The notes beneath the pieces were generated by a model. It saw nothing but the letters and a program-made list of their open reading frames with translations, did not search any database and was not told where the DNA came from. Positions 8,607 to 21,241 of a stretch of 64,000 nucleotides of DNA are shown in pieces (position 1 is the stretch's first letter; every line of letters starts with the position of its first letter). The position numbers and the translations under genes are program-made. This stretch comes from Paraphysomonas bandaiensis. Taxonomy: Eukaryota > Protista > Chrysophyceae. Location of the stretch: positions 1,060-65,059 of the forward strand of contig CBFFRP010000329.1 in NCBI GenBank assembly GCA_965644295.1, read 5' to 3'.

Positions 8607-11065
8607 AGCCCATCTTTCGCATCAGTCTTCTGTAGCAATGGTGTCATATCGTCTCTTCCACTGCTATTATCACACGTCTTTGCTGCATTGTTCATTGCGT
8701 CTATTATGAGCTGTGTTGTTCGCATCTTTACCCAGTTAGTTCTTCTAATTCTCTTCTGTGTCTTGATATTGAAGAATACCCAACTACCGTTAGCATTGCC
8801 AGTAGGATACAATGCTATGCATGGCTCCGTACGATCCTGCTCGGCATTATTACTCCTCACCTTAGGATTGTAGCACTCCACGTAGTCTCCGAATGCCATA
8901 TCTAGTTCCTTTCTGTAGTTCGGCTTTCTCCCAGTGAAAGCTACTCGTGGAGCGACGATGGAATGACTTGTCGATGGTCTTCTCAGATTCATGCGACTGT
9001 TGGCATATTTCACTAAGTCTTCCACGTTCGCATTAGGCAATTTCCACGGTAGACCTGCATTCACACTTCTTATGATCTCCTTCAGCCTTCTTATCTTGCT
9101 ATCGACCCTATCCATATGATCTCCAGCACCGCTGATGTCTATCTCCACCCCTGTAATCTTTCCTCGCAGTGGTTGAAATCCCGGCTGTGGATCCAGGTAT
9201 GCTATCTTCGGTGTAAATCCATGGCTGCGCAATAGACTCACTTGCTCTTGCAGAGCTAGTCCAAGATCGTCTGTTCTCTCACTCGGTAGCGCCGCCACCA
9301 AAGTTAGTCCAAGAGGCTCCGACAATGTGATCATGAAAGGTTGCTTCCTCACATAGAATAAGTCCGTATATAACCGCTGACTCTTTTGCTGCGACGCCTT
9401 CAATTCAATATCCACGTGCTGTCTGCGTACCTTCTTTTTGGTGTGTTTTCCTCTGATAGCCTCACACGGTTTGCCTTATATATCGAACGACCTTCTGATA
9501 TCATTTGCAGTCAGCTGCACCCCTGTGATGTTGCCGTCACTCACGAGGTTTATCGCGTCTTGTTCTGAGTCAAAACCAGAATTGCGTATTAGTTCTCGAG
9601 CTTCTCTCGCCCTAGCAACTTCGCCTCTTGTGTATTTTTGTTCTTCCATGCTTGTTGTTGTAACATTAACATTGCCTTCTGCCCAGTCTCTCATATCAGC
9701 TACATACATTTTGTTCCGCCTTCTGAACACTAGTTCTTTGTTTTGTAGATACACAGTGTACGATACACCCGGTTCATAAGCCACTGGATACATATCTTCC
9801 ACATCGGCCTGGCATAATACACTCACACTTAGGTCTTCAGCCGTCTTACACGTGAAGAAATGATCCAGCTCTCCCACGTCCGGTAGTTCTACGGCGTGTC
9901 CAGATAGACCGGCTACCGTGCACTTTCTGCTTGCTGGCCTCACGTCCTTCAGCAACCACGGGTGTACAACTGATACGTCCGCCTGGTTGTCTAGAAGCAC
10001 CTCGTACCACTCAAAACGCTCACCGCTCGATGCATATGCGTTCATTGTTGTGACCGAGCACTGTTTTTCCTCCGGCTCTACATTATCGGGACAATCACTC
10101 AGTTTGTGTCCGGGCTCTCCACAACCCCAGCACACCACGGGTTTCCTCGGCCTATTACCGCGACGTCTCGGCTCCTGGTCATCATTGGCCTTCTGTTTTC
10201 TGTCCATTTCACTCGCACGCCTTTGCTTGGTGGATTGTTCCTTCTGGCTGACAAATGCTACTCCACCATTCGATTTTGCTCCTCTCCTCGGGGTAAGATA
10301 CTTCGATGCTTTAGTGTAGATATCGTTGACGTGCTCAGGTGGCTTCTGCGTGCCCATCATCAGATCATTTAGATAATTTGTCTTGAATTCCCCATAACGG
10401 GCATCATCCAATCCCCTAAAGAAATCCATGGCTATGTCCTCATCATCCAGTCTCGGATTGTCGGCGTCATTGTACGCATCTAATAGGAAATCGAATCTCT
10501 CCTTGTAGCCCACTATGCTCTCGAAGGGACCTTGTTTTGCGTCTTGATATTTCTTCCTAGTCTCTGCACGGACGACCGCTTCGACATTTGAGCTCGTTGC
10601 TGACTTATGAGTCTCCTTTACAGCCAACCACAGCAGCAGAGGGTCCTTGGTCGAGTTGATTTTGTCGTATTCTGGTGTGAGCTTTATTGCGTCAATTGAT
10701 TCATTGCTCAGATGATTGTAGATGAATGCATAGAAAGCAGTCCGATTCGCCTTCATTTCATTAATCAATTTCGCCCTTGCCTTCCTGGCATCCTTCATAT
10801 CTTCAGCGTTAAATCCGTGGGGGTCGTTTTTTAAGTTATATTCTGCAGGGTTTACACGCGGCGGTTCATAGTACTTGTCCAGTTCGATTAGCCTTGCCAG
10901 GTCTCCATATCTCTCCATTCCCTCGGCCACAAGCTTCTGCTTGAACGTCGCCAAGTTGGTATTGGCACCATATTTCAGTATTGGCACAGACGTGGACGCA
11001 CTGTTGCTCGCCGAACCCCTAGCCCTTTGTTCAAATCGCTTCTGAAACTTCTTGTTGGATCTCAT
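8607..11065 (-). pseudogene. Copia gag-protease-integrase polyprotein, disrupted
   Basis: ORFs 9476-11065 and 8582-9415 are in one frame, split by TAA at 9476-9478 in FDI*GK (expected IYG); truncated at 8607 by insertion. Confidence 0.85.
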
Positions 11066-11432
11066 TCTAATTTCTTGTCACGAAGAGAAAAAATGTACGG
11101 ATCACTCTACTGTCGTCAGTACTACAGGCTGGCAATGACACGGATCCAATACTCCCGTTGTTCTTTATCGGTCTACACTACAGGTAGGCAAAGAAACAAG
11201 TCTCTTGACAGATACTACAGAAATTGTTAGTGACAAGAAATTATGAGACTCCCCTACAGTCATAATACTGTTCTCGTGTACTCATTCATATTTCGGTGTA
11301 CATTCTAGACCGTATCCTACAGAGCTACAAAAATGCACTAAACTGAAAAATACAGCCGTCAGGGGAACAAAAATAACGACACTCTTGTCACTCGCACTTT
11401 CTCGTACCAACGTATCACTTTGCTCTTCGACA
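8607..11432 (-). mobile_element. Ty1/Copia LTR retrotransposon, 5' half (LTR, gag, protease, integrase)
   Basis: Gag CCHC knuckle CWGCGEPGHKLSDC, LLDNQA protease, integrase directly after protease (Copia order); candidate LTR 11225-11432 (TGTCG...CTAACA on minus). Confidence 0.88.
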
Positions 11433-11560
11433 TACATACATACATACATACATACATACATACATACATACATACATACATACATACATACATACATACA
11501 TACATACATACATACATACATACATACATACATACATACATACATACATACATACATACA

Positions 11561-11590
<30 letters not shown>
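11431..11590. repeat. (CATA)n microsatellite, ~40 units
   Basis: Perfect tetranucleotide repeat. Confidence 0.99.
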
Positions 11591-11592
<2 letters not shown>

Positions 11593-13486
11593 CAGCGGAA
11601 TATGGACACCGCAAGTTGGACGTACAGTACTCTGTACATATAGCTACGGTATACCGCATACACCGCATCAATCAAGTGTTTGAGTGTATCTGCAGTATCT
11701 TCCCGTCATTCCTCGTAATATATAGTGACAGCAATCACATCGGAAACACATCGAGCAGTGAACCACACAGAGGTAGATGTGTACAGATATTTGCTCAGAG
11801 ACGTATCTTTGTGTGAGCTCACTGCACTGGTATATCCATACTGGTATCCACTCCTGTGCATGCATCTGGTATAGATGGTCGCACATGTGAGGTTCATTGT
11901 TACTGTGTGTAGTTCGCCACATCTTCAGGAGTTGCGTTAATGTTTATACAGTTGCTGCTACTGGACTTTATATTCATGGAACACCACATGCTTGAGCTGG
12001 ATGTGCTGGAAACTGTCCTCAGTGTTCATATCTCTAGGTGCTAGTGCTGGTGAGAACTAAGTCCACCAGTTACGGAGAACTTCTTATAGCCTAGTGCGTT
12101 TTGAAATCTTTAATGTAGGTGTTGTGTATACTCTTATCATGCTGTGCCTTGTCATGAACCTCACTGATTGGGACCAATCAGGTGAGGACCAACATACCAA
12201 ATAGGCGACAAAAGTATATGGATGTAATTCGTTTCTCCATGGTCGTGTATTGGGATATATCATATTGTTTCACAGTTTAGAGTATTTACGAGAGGTTTTT
12301 GCGATCTACAGTCAAGAATTGCATAGGATTTCGTCATTTCAATCTGTAAATTGTCAGAAACAGTTTCACGGGAAGTTTAAATTTATCAGAATACGCTTCG
12401 TATATGATTTGTGAGGGTTTTATCTGCATGGGTTATATTGCTTACAATAATCGTTGTATCGTACCCGCACAAGTTTCTCTTTCAGCGAAATTGTTTTTGT
12501 GTGGTCCATATTAGTAGCACTATATCAAACCACTCCTTGTGGTGTATACACTTATTGGTGTGACTAAATGAAACTTTTAAGTTGGTGTGTGTCAGCTCCA
12601 TCTTACATGTTACGAAATGCATTTGAAGTATTGCATAAAGTTAAGCTTATAATTAACCTCGTTGGTGAAAATGTGTGATTGGGTGTTGTGATTGAGTGTT
12701 GGAATTTAAAGTGCTATTATAAGTAACAATATCATGGGATTTTTTTATAGTTGAAATGAAATCATACCAACTAATTATTGGGATGCAGTCGAATGGTTGA
12801 ATTTTTTCGTCTCACTCACTTTGGTGTCATTACCTTGCCAAGTGTATGAAAATGCCGGCATAAACTATTTAAGTTTTTGAGTTCAATATTGACTTACTTG
12901 AACGGCGTGTTATAAATGACATAACTGAACTGTACTTTCAATCAATGCTGAGATTATAAAGTAGAGACTTATAGTATCATTTTATAAACTTATAATCAAT
13001 ATCACTTGTCCTTCACCGTCAATCGCCGATTTCACGTTATCTCAACGCACGTCTCAACTACCAATTTTATCCATAGATATATCACGATCTTATACGGTCA
13101 ATATATTTCAGTTTCACAACTACTGAACACGGCGGACTCCTGCACTTGTCGATATCTCTTTTCATTCTACTATTCTTGTAGAAAAGCATAATTTTGATTG
13201 ACTGTTAAACTAAATACTGACTAGTTTGAGTAATTTATTATTATATTTTGTGATAATAATTCAACCATACTGACTATGTTTAATAATATACCTCTTAAAC
13301 TGAAATCTAGTGACTGTCTAATATCTTGTCCCTTCAAGTTTGTATAAGATTGATTAGCTCAAACGTAATGAGCTAATGTAACAGAATTAATATGGAGGAT
13401 TAATGGGATTTGTCACATAATTGTTAATAGCTTTCTGCATTGAAATAGGCTATGAGACTCTAAATAATGTCGACTTGTACATTTCG

Positions 13487-14120
13487 GTGTTCTGGGTTCT
13501 GGGGGGTAGGTACCGCAGAGATTTCTCCAGGAAAATAACGTGAGCCGCATGTATAGTCAGCAGATAATTTTCTACCCTATCATAGCCAAATGCTTGTGTG
13601 GTACAAGGGACACAAATACGTGTCACTTGTGTAGGCGCCTTTGGGCCCTGACATGTAAAAAGGCATCCGGGAATAGGCCTACCTCAAGGACAGCCGGGGT
13701 ATTTTGGGCTGCCTGCTGAAGCCAAGCATCCGGGATGTTCACCTTAAGGACAGAGAGCGAAAGTGATTGCACCTTGGTGCTCACGGTAACGCACAAGCAC
13801 CTTTCGTAGCGTTAAATATTAGGATATTATCAGAGTTAAGCACTAGTTAGTTAAATTGTTTTGCTACATTAGTTCTTTGGGCATTGGAGGACAAACAGGC
13901 ATCCAGGAATGGGCCCACCTGAAGGGCATGGGGTATTGGCCTGCATGATGAAGTCAAGCATCTATACTGTTTACCTTAAGGACTCAAAAATCCTAAAGTC
14001 AGCTGATGTCAAGCATATATCAACATTCTGCTTGCTCACTGTGTTTTCGTTGAGTGATAGAGCGAAAGTAGTTGCACCTTGGTGCTTGCGGTGACGCACA
14101 AGCACCTTCGTAGTGTTGGA
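13487..14120 (+). repeat. Dispersed repeat family A, two tandem partial copies
   Basis: Shares GCACCTTGGTGCTTGCGG.GACGCACAAGCA core and upstream blocks with 25072, 35468 and 36886 copies. Confidence 0.85.
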
Positions 14121-14202
14121 ATTGGACATTCCACTGAAGTTAACTTTGCTCTACACGTAAACCCTAATCTTACTTGTTGAACATAATGCACCTTCAAGTA
14201 AG

Positions 14203-14653
14203 AAATTATAATTATTAATCTGAGTACTTCACTACATGAAACATCTGTTCTCAGCAACATCTGTTTATCATATGGTCACCAGCAAGTCTTATATCTTATA
14301 TATTGAATGTCTTTTTATTTAGCAATAGGCGTTAAAAACTCGTTCCGATATAGCGGCTAGTTGAATACTAGTCTACTAGTAAGCCTCTACCCATAACTAA
14401 TCAGCACAAACTCTATTATCCTACTATTTAACGCTACAGAAGCTGCTTGTGCGTCGCCGCAAGCACCAAGGTGCAACCACTTCCGTCTTATATCTTATAT
14501 AGTCACACATCAGTAACTCAATTTAATTCCTTTGTAGCTATAGTCACCCGCTACACCTATGAGTTGACTTCATCTATTGCACACTAACTAACTAACTAAC
14601 TAACTAACTCACTTCAATTGCACAATATATATCACATTATATTGCAGAACTCA
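14203..14653 (+). repeat. Dispersed repeat family B copy (carries family A insertion)
   Basis: Colinear with 28280-28534 except for 14303-14501 and an (ACTA)n run. Confidence 0.85.
14303..14484 (-). mobile_element. Family A 3' fragment inserted with 17-bp target-site duplication
   Basis: GTCTTATATCTTATATA at 14286-14302 and 14485-14501; reverse complement of ~36886-37073. Confidence 0.85.
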
Positions 14654-15183
14654 ACACGTAACGTTAACAATTAGGATATAAGAGTCAGTTCCTGACTCTT
14701 ATACGTCTATTGCTAATAATAAGACATTCACTACATAGTACATAGGCTATGAGATAGTTTAAACAAACAGATATATCGTGACTATAGTAGATCGGAAAAT
14801 ATTGATGGTAATTGAGTTTATATAAATCTAGTGAATAGTACAATATGAAAAGTAACGATACTGATTATAATTTTACTAATTGATTATTGAGGAAGTAAGT
14901 TTAACATTCAGTAACTTAAGTTTAAACCATCCTAATGTCAATTATTGATAATGAGCTTCATATGAAACGGGCTTACTCTGAATACAATTATAGTGCTAGT
15001 TGTGTGTAGTGTGTAGTTTATTCTCAAGGAAGGTATGTATTGACAATAGAACTCAGATCTGAAGACTACTAACCAATAGATTTCAATAACATCGACACTT
15101 GGACTTTGTGTTAAAGAGGTAAAAAGGTATACCATTATACACTGTGGGAAATATGCCACACCATAAACAATTTACAAATAATT

Positions 15184-16167
15184 TCATGTCGCGGATGTGT
15201 TGTAGCACATAGCGTCAGTGTGGCTTATCGAAGAAGCCATGTGCCATAACAAAGTGGAACAAAACAGTTGAGATTGAAATATCGCCTTCACTTCTTCAAG
15301 TACACTAGGACGCATTTTTTGTTTGGATTTGTTGCTTAATTTCGATGCCGAATGACTAGTCACAGCGCTTACGTCCAATGCAGCCTCGGTTCGCAGGAAG
15401 AAAACCTTGTAAAATTCCTCCAGTCGCTCCAGCACACCTACTGCCGAGTATCTTCGTAGCAAAAGTACAGCTACGTTCAAGAAATCGACGCACCTGTATT
15501 GCTCGGGCATGGCAGCGGTGTAGCGTACATACAACTGCGCACTTAAACCGTCTATCCACATTTTAACATTCTTTTTCTCGGTAGACATCTTCTGTACAAC
15601 AAGCCACTGATCATACGAAGATATAGTGGACGTTATATTGGTGATGGTGGACACAAACTGCCTCAAAAATATTTGATTCATATGGTCCCATATGTCACTA
15701 TCTTTGGCCCATTTTACTGGGTCCGTTTTAAAAGTTTTTAACCATATCCGATTATTTTTTAAATGTGCCGGAATCTTTCTACGTCCATTAGCATAATTGT
15801 AAAAACTAACTGCGAGGTCGACAGGGTTACGAAACAAAGTGGCAAAAATAGGGTCACCGTTGGTGTTATTGAATGGGGTATCAAGGGCCACAAGGAAGTG
15901 TGTGTGACCATCATTACGATGTCTCCTCCTGTAGTGTTTGTTAAGTACAGAGAGGACATTACTTCCTCCCGCTTTCGGAATATGAGTGAATACAACGCGA
16001 CGTTTAGCTAAGTTAGGGATACTATTAAATGAGCAGCGGCTGGAGAGTAAGCGAAGGAAGTTAGTGTGATTGAGATGAACATCTAAACAACTCTCTTTAT
16101 CAGTGCATACACTTCCCACTACACTACCGCTAAAATACACCACTACTAGAATTAATTGAAGGTGCAT
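15184..16167 (-). CDS. Golgi/secreted-type sulfotransferase
   Basis: N-terminal hydrophobic segment; FTHIPKAGGS (5'-PSB) and FRNPVDLAVSFYNY (3'-PB); intronless. Confidence 0.85.
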   Translation of the reverse strand: MHLQLILVVVYFSGSVVGSVCTDKESCLDVHLNHTNFLRLLSSRCSFNSIPNLAKRRVVFTHIPKAGGSNVLSVLNKHYRRRHRNDGHTHFLVALDTPFNNTNGDPIFATLFRNPVDLAVSFYNYANGRRKIPAHLKNNRIWLKTFKTDPVKWAKDSDIWDHMNQIFLRQFVSTITNITSTISSYDQWLVVQKMSTEKKNVKMWIDGLSAQLYVRYTAAMPEQYRCVDFLNVAVLLLRRYSAVGVLERLEEFYKVFFLRTEAALDVSAVTSHSASKLSNKSKQKMRPSVLEEVKAIFQSQLFCSTLLWHMASSISHTDAMCYNTSAT

Positions 16168-16694
16168 TTGCACTCATCCAAGTTAGATTTCTTCGACACC
16201 TACAAGTATCTCGGCTACTTACAGTGGCAGATAGCCCCCTGCCTGGATCATACTGCTGTACTAGTACACCTTATTCAGCTCATACTACGAGTACACTGCT
16301 GCATGCTGCTGTCGTTATACTGCCGTAGTATTCCGTAGTATTGGAGATATGTGTTTTTTGAAAGGTCTGGTATACACTGTATATACACTGTATTCTATCT
16401 TGTATTTTATATGTACAGAGAGTGTATATATTGTACTTGTTGTAGATAATTTTGGCTGTATAAACGCCAATTTTTTTCATTGTCAGCACTTTCTCATGAA
16501 GATTTTGGCCAAGATATAGACCGAATCTTGCGGAAATCTTCTCAGTGGACTAATTTATGCGGATAATTGTGCACAACTAAAGGCGAAAACCAGGGAGATA
16601 TAGTCATAATTCCAGTTCTTCGAGTGGAAAAACAAGTTCAGTCAACAGTCCAACTTACTTACTTCTTCCTTGCGTTGTGAGTACACAGCAGTTT

Positions 16695-17979
16695 ATGTTC
16701 AGTGGTACACACCTCAATGAAATTCACGTCAGAGCAACACCCGTGCGCTCACTTTCAGTCGTCGCGACCCCAATTCCTGAAGAAGATGAGTATGACTCTG
16801 CGAGGACCTATATGAGGTCTCAGGGATGGCCTCTAGGGCTGCAGAATACTCTTATCCAGAGTCTTAATAAATTCCCCGTGAGGTTCGTTGTGGTCGACAA
16901 CTCTGGTTCAATGCGAACGAATGACGGCCATCGTCTCGTTGATACGACCAATGGACCCAGGTAGATAGCCTATGAATAATGTTATCTGTTCTAACAGCTG
17001 TGTAGATCTTTGGAGTGCAGCCGATGGACAGAGCTTTCTGAAACGCTGCGATTTCATGGAAACCTTGCCTACAGACTACACGCACACACGGAGTTCCTTT
17101 TTCTTAATGGTGTATCTTCAATAGTAATTGGAGATTCAGATGATGCATCTTACGTGAGGACACTCGAGTCAGTTCTGGATGATGTGAGTTTAGCATTCTA
17201 ATGTTGAACATAATGTAATGTGTAACAACTTAGGCACCTCGTGGCAAAACTCCTCTGTGCCGGCGAATAAGCGAAGTAGTGGAGAAGATTCAAGTAATGA
17301 AATCTTATCTACTGGCGAATAATCAGCGAGCTGTTGTGGTGGTCGCATCTGATGGCGAGGCCACTGATGGCAATCTAGCTGACGCTATGCGACCTCTACA
17401 GGTGTGTATTGAGAATTTTAAACTGTTAAGTTCTGAGACCAGACATTGTTGTAGAATTTGCCGGTGTGGGTGGTAGTTCGTCTGTGCACCGACGACGAAA
17501 ACGTCGTGTCGTACTGGAACAATATCGACAGACAATTGGAGATTGATATGGATGTTCTTGACGATCTATTTGGAGAGGCTGCGGAGGTCAAATCTGGTAA
17601 CCAGTGGCTAACATATGGTCAACCACTCCACCGACTGAGAGAGTGGGGTGTTCATTTGAGGGAGCTAGATTTAATCGATCAGTGCTCGCTATCACTGCAA
17701 GATATGTGGACTGTATGTGCCACTCTGTAAGTACAGGAGCCTGTGTTTATTACTACCTGTGACCTACCTTTCAGGTTAGCATGTGATCTTCCTCATCCTG
17801 AGTTGCAGTGGGAAGAGTTTATTACCCAGCTTCGATCCGCCATTGAGAGTGACAACGGCACATTTGATCCTATTAAGCGTCGCCATTCTCCTTGGGTTAA
17901 AGTGAATAAAGTGATCAAGACATATCGCCATATGAGAACTACGAACTGGCTTCGACGAATTATGGCTTCCGTATTATGA
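16695..17979 (+). CDS. vWA-domain protein (5 exons)
   Basis: [33 protein letters not shown]; GT-AG introns near 16961, 17184, 17402, 17728. Confidence 0.85.
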
Positions 17980-19384
17980 AATGAAATGTCCAATCAATGT
18001 GATATGTGACAGCCACATCATACGGCAAATGCATGTCAACAGGTTTACGACCGCTCTTATCGCAGCTATGCGAAATCATGATTTGATATGATTATTTTTT
18101 CTAATTGATTACGAATTTAAGGTTATGATTTACGATTGCTATTTTTAAAAGTTCCAATTTATACCTGAACTTACTGATGCTCTATTATGCTTAATTAATA
18201 TATTTTTCTTGAGGTACCAGATGACAATACGACGAATGCCGAGCATATTTTGTTTTCAGTTAGTCGCATATAAAAGTTAAAACACACATGTATAGTGCTG
18301 ATCTAGCAAGGGCTTGATTAGCAACGCACTCTAAAAACCCGTCAAGGGTGGTCTAGTAATTATATAAGCGTTTCTTTTTTTTTAATCGACAGAATTACTA
18401 CCACTACAGGAAACAACACTTGAACATTCCGCCGGGATAGAGAAGTTTCGTTACCGCCGTAGAAAAATAATCTGTGCTACTATAATCTAAATTCATGCTA
18501 TCATTATACGAGGTCTCAGCGAAGTGAGAGGAACCAAATGGCAAATAAAATATTCCTTTGGATCTGTGGTATCATATTTTGATGAGACAGAATATTTCTA
18601 ATCTGGTTCGTATATTCGCCCATATTCGAGGTAAAGCAAGCACCAAAGTTTTGCTAGATCTTATCTTTAAATATAGTTTTTAGGCAGTGTCACTTTTGTC
18701 AATGAACTTATTGTGTCCACAACACTGCAGAGGGCTGACCTATACATACTCAATTTCTATAGATCATCACCTTGGCGCCACTGACGTCATTCTTATATAG
18801 TACAGGAAATAAAAAATCCAGTCAAGTGGCGCAAACACTATCAATACATGGGGTGGGTTGGGTTCCAACAAAGGAAGTTACATCATGCATTGCTAACCCA
18901 ACGAGGACTACAAGCTCATTCGTGCAATGCTCCCTCGTCCATGATAATGCCTACATTTTGTTGGCCGGTCATCGCACTGGTCATGTAAATAATCTTCGAG
19001 TACCTACACCATATCTGCATACTCTGCGTACCCATGTTGGGAGTTATTGGGAGTAACGGACCGCGCAGTGTATATGTGTGTATGGCCTATAGAGTGTATG
19101 GCTGCGGTGTAGCTTCATATGTACGCACAGATCATATACAGCAGTATGTCACGAAGTATGTACAGTATATGGCGTAGTACAGCCGAGTACTGTAGGAAAG
19201 TGCATACAGTGGTATGAGGATGGCGCATAGAGGCAGTGGCTGTATGGGCGATACAAGTTTCTATTTGATCACACTGTCCCACATACGGCCCTGCACTCGT
19301 TCACCAACACATAGTGGTTGTTCCTGAAGCCCTACTATACTTGAATTAGCACCTGTCGCTGAGGTTGGCAGCTATCTGTAGAGG

Positions 19385-20744
19385 ATGTTTAGACGACATG
19401 TAGTGAGGTCTGCAGGTGCTTTAATTGAGCTACATCCCTCTCATTTTATGTGTAGAAATGGATTGAGACTGCTATCCAATGACAGGAGACAGTTTTCCAG
19501 TAAAGCGACAGAGAGAATGAATCTCTTCACTGCTGTGAATGATGCAATGAGGGTTGCAATGCAGACAGATGATTCGGCTGTAGTGTTTGGAGAGGATGTT
19601 GCTTTTGGTGGCGTGTTTAGGTGTACGGTTGGACTGAAGGAAGAGTTTGGGGCATCTAGAGTCTTTAATACGCCTCTATGCGAGCAAGGAATAGCCGGGT
19701 TCGCCATTGGTTACGCCTCAATGGGAAAAACGGCTATTGCAGAGATACAATTTGCCGATTATATATTTCCAGCCTTTGACCAAATAGTTAATGAAGCAGC
19801 AAAATTCCGGTACCGATCAGGAAATCAATTTGACTGTGGGAAGCTTACTTTCCGTGCGCCATGCGGTGCGGTGGGACACGGTGCGCACTACCACTCGCAG
19901 TCACCCGAGGCATACTTTACACATACACCGGGCCTGAAGGTAATTCCCATAAACAAGTAACTCAGCGATCAATGCTCTGTAGTTTGTGTGAAATTATGTT
20001 TCTAACTTTCGGTGAGCCAGGTTGTTATGCCAAGTGGACCTGCTGATGCCAAGGGCCTGTTGTTGGCATCTATCAGAGACCCTAACCCCGTGGTGTTCTT
20101 CGAACCGAAGGCTCTCTATCGTGCAGCTGTTGAGGATGTGAGTATTTCCTTCCTGTCCTGTCTTCTTGTAACACATACTTTTGTTGTACATCGAATAACA
20201 CGATATGATTAATAGGTACCCACTGGGGATTATGTTGTTCCGCTGGGCGTGGCCAAGACAGTCCGTACGGGCACTGATATCACTCTTGTCGGGTGGGGAG
20301 GCCAGGTTCATGTCCTCAACAAGGCGTGTGATATGGCGGAGAAGGCGGGCATTTCCTGTGAGCTTATTGATCTCCGCTCTCTGCTGCCATGGGACGTCGA
20401 AGCCGTCACATCATCTGTCATGAAGACAGGTCGGCTCATAGTCAGTCACGAGGCACCGGTATGCCATCGAGCATCGCATGTACACAAAAACTAATTCGCT
20501 TTATGCAGAGAACTAGTGGGTTTGCGGCGGAGATATCATCTACCGTACAGGAAGAGTGCTTTCTATCCCTTGAGAGCCCTGTGGATCGGGTTTGCGGATA
20601 CGACACACCTTTCCCTCTTGCTTTTGAGAAGGTTATTATTATTGCTATCTGTTAGTTACAATGTCTAAGTTTGCGTTTGTGCAGCAATATGTACCAGATA
20701 TGTACAAGGTCTTCGAAGCGATCAAGCGGTCCGTTAACTACTAG
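19385..20744 (+). CDS. BCKDHB: Branched-chain alpha-keto acid dehydrogenase E1 beta subunit, mitochondrial (spliced)
   Basis: [67 protein letters not shown]; transit-peptide-like N-terminus. Confidence 0.97.
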
Positions 20745-21241
20745 TTCACAGAATAGTATATGCTCACGTGTTTGACATGTGTGATTAACAGATGAGTTGC
20801 ATTTTTTTCAAGTTGTTTTGTCAACTTTTGTCACGTGCTGACATTAGAACACCTCAACTTGCTTGATAGTATCAATATCTTAGCCACAGTTCGATAAATG
20901 AATGGTCTCGTGTTAAAGTTTCAAATTCTGATTTAGCTCTCATTTACTTTTTGCTTACGGTATGATTGTCGTGGTACATTGGACGTCACACAAATTGTCA
21001 TCACACACGTTGTAAGTCCATCATTGCAGATTTCATATTGTCCTTGTGAAGTTGTTATAAAACGATGTACTATGTATACCCTTAAAGCTGTTAGTAATTG
21101 AATTTTTATTAGCTCGGGTAGAAAAAACTATACAGTACTCTCATACGGTCAGGTCTTCACGACAAGATTTGCGTTGCAATACTAACTACCACGCTACCTG
21201 AAGTCTCGAAGTATGGTCTAATATACACTACTTAATTTAAC

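Noticed and set aside
9476-9478. Programmed readthrough in the Copia ORF
   Set aside because: TAA falls where a conserved Tyr (IYG) is expected, so it is a simple nonsense mutation
13700-13810. Hammerhead ribozyme or Helitron 3' end in repeat family A
   Set aside because: No exact CTGANGA...GAAA core with closing stems found by eye; homology continues past the hairpin and one copy has a long TSD, unlike Helitrons
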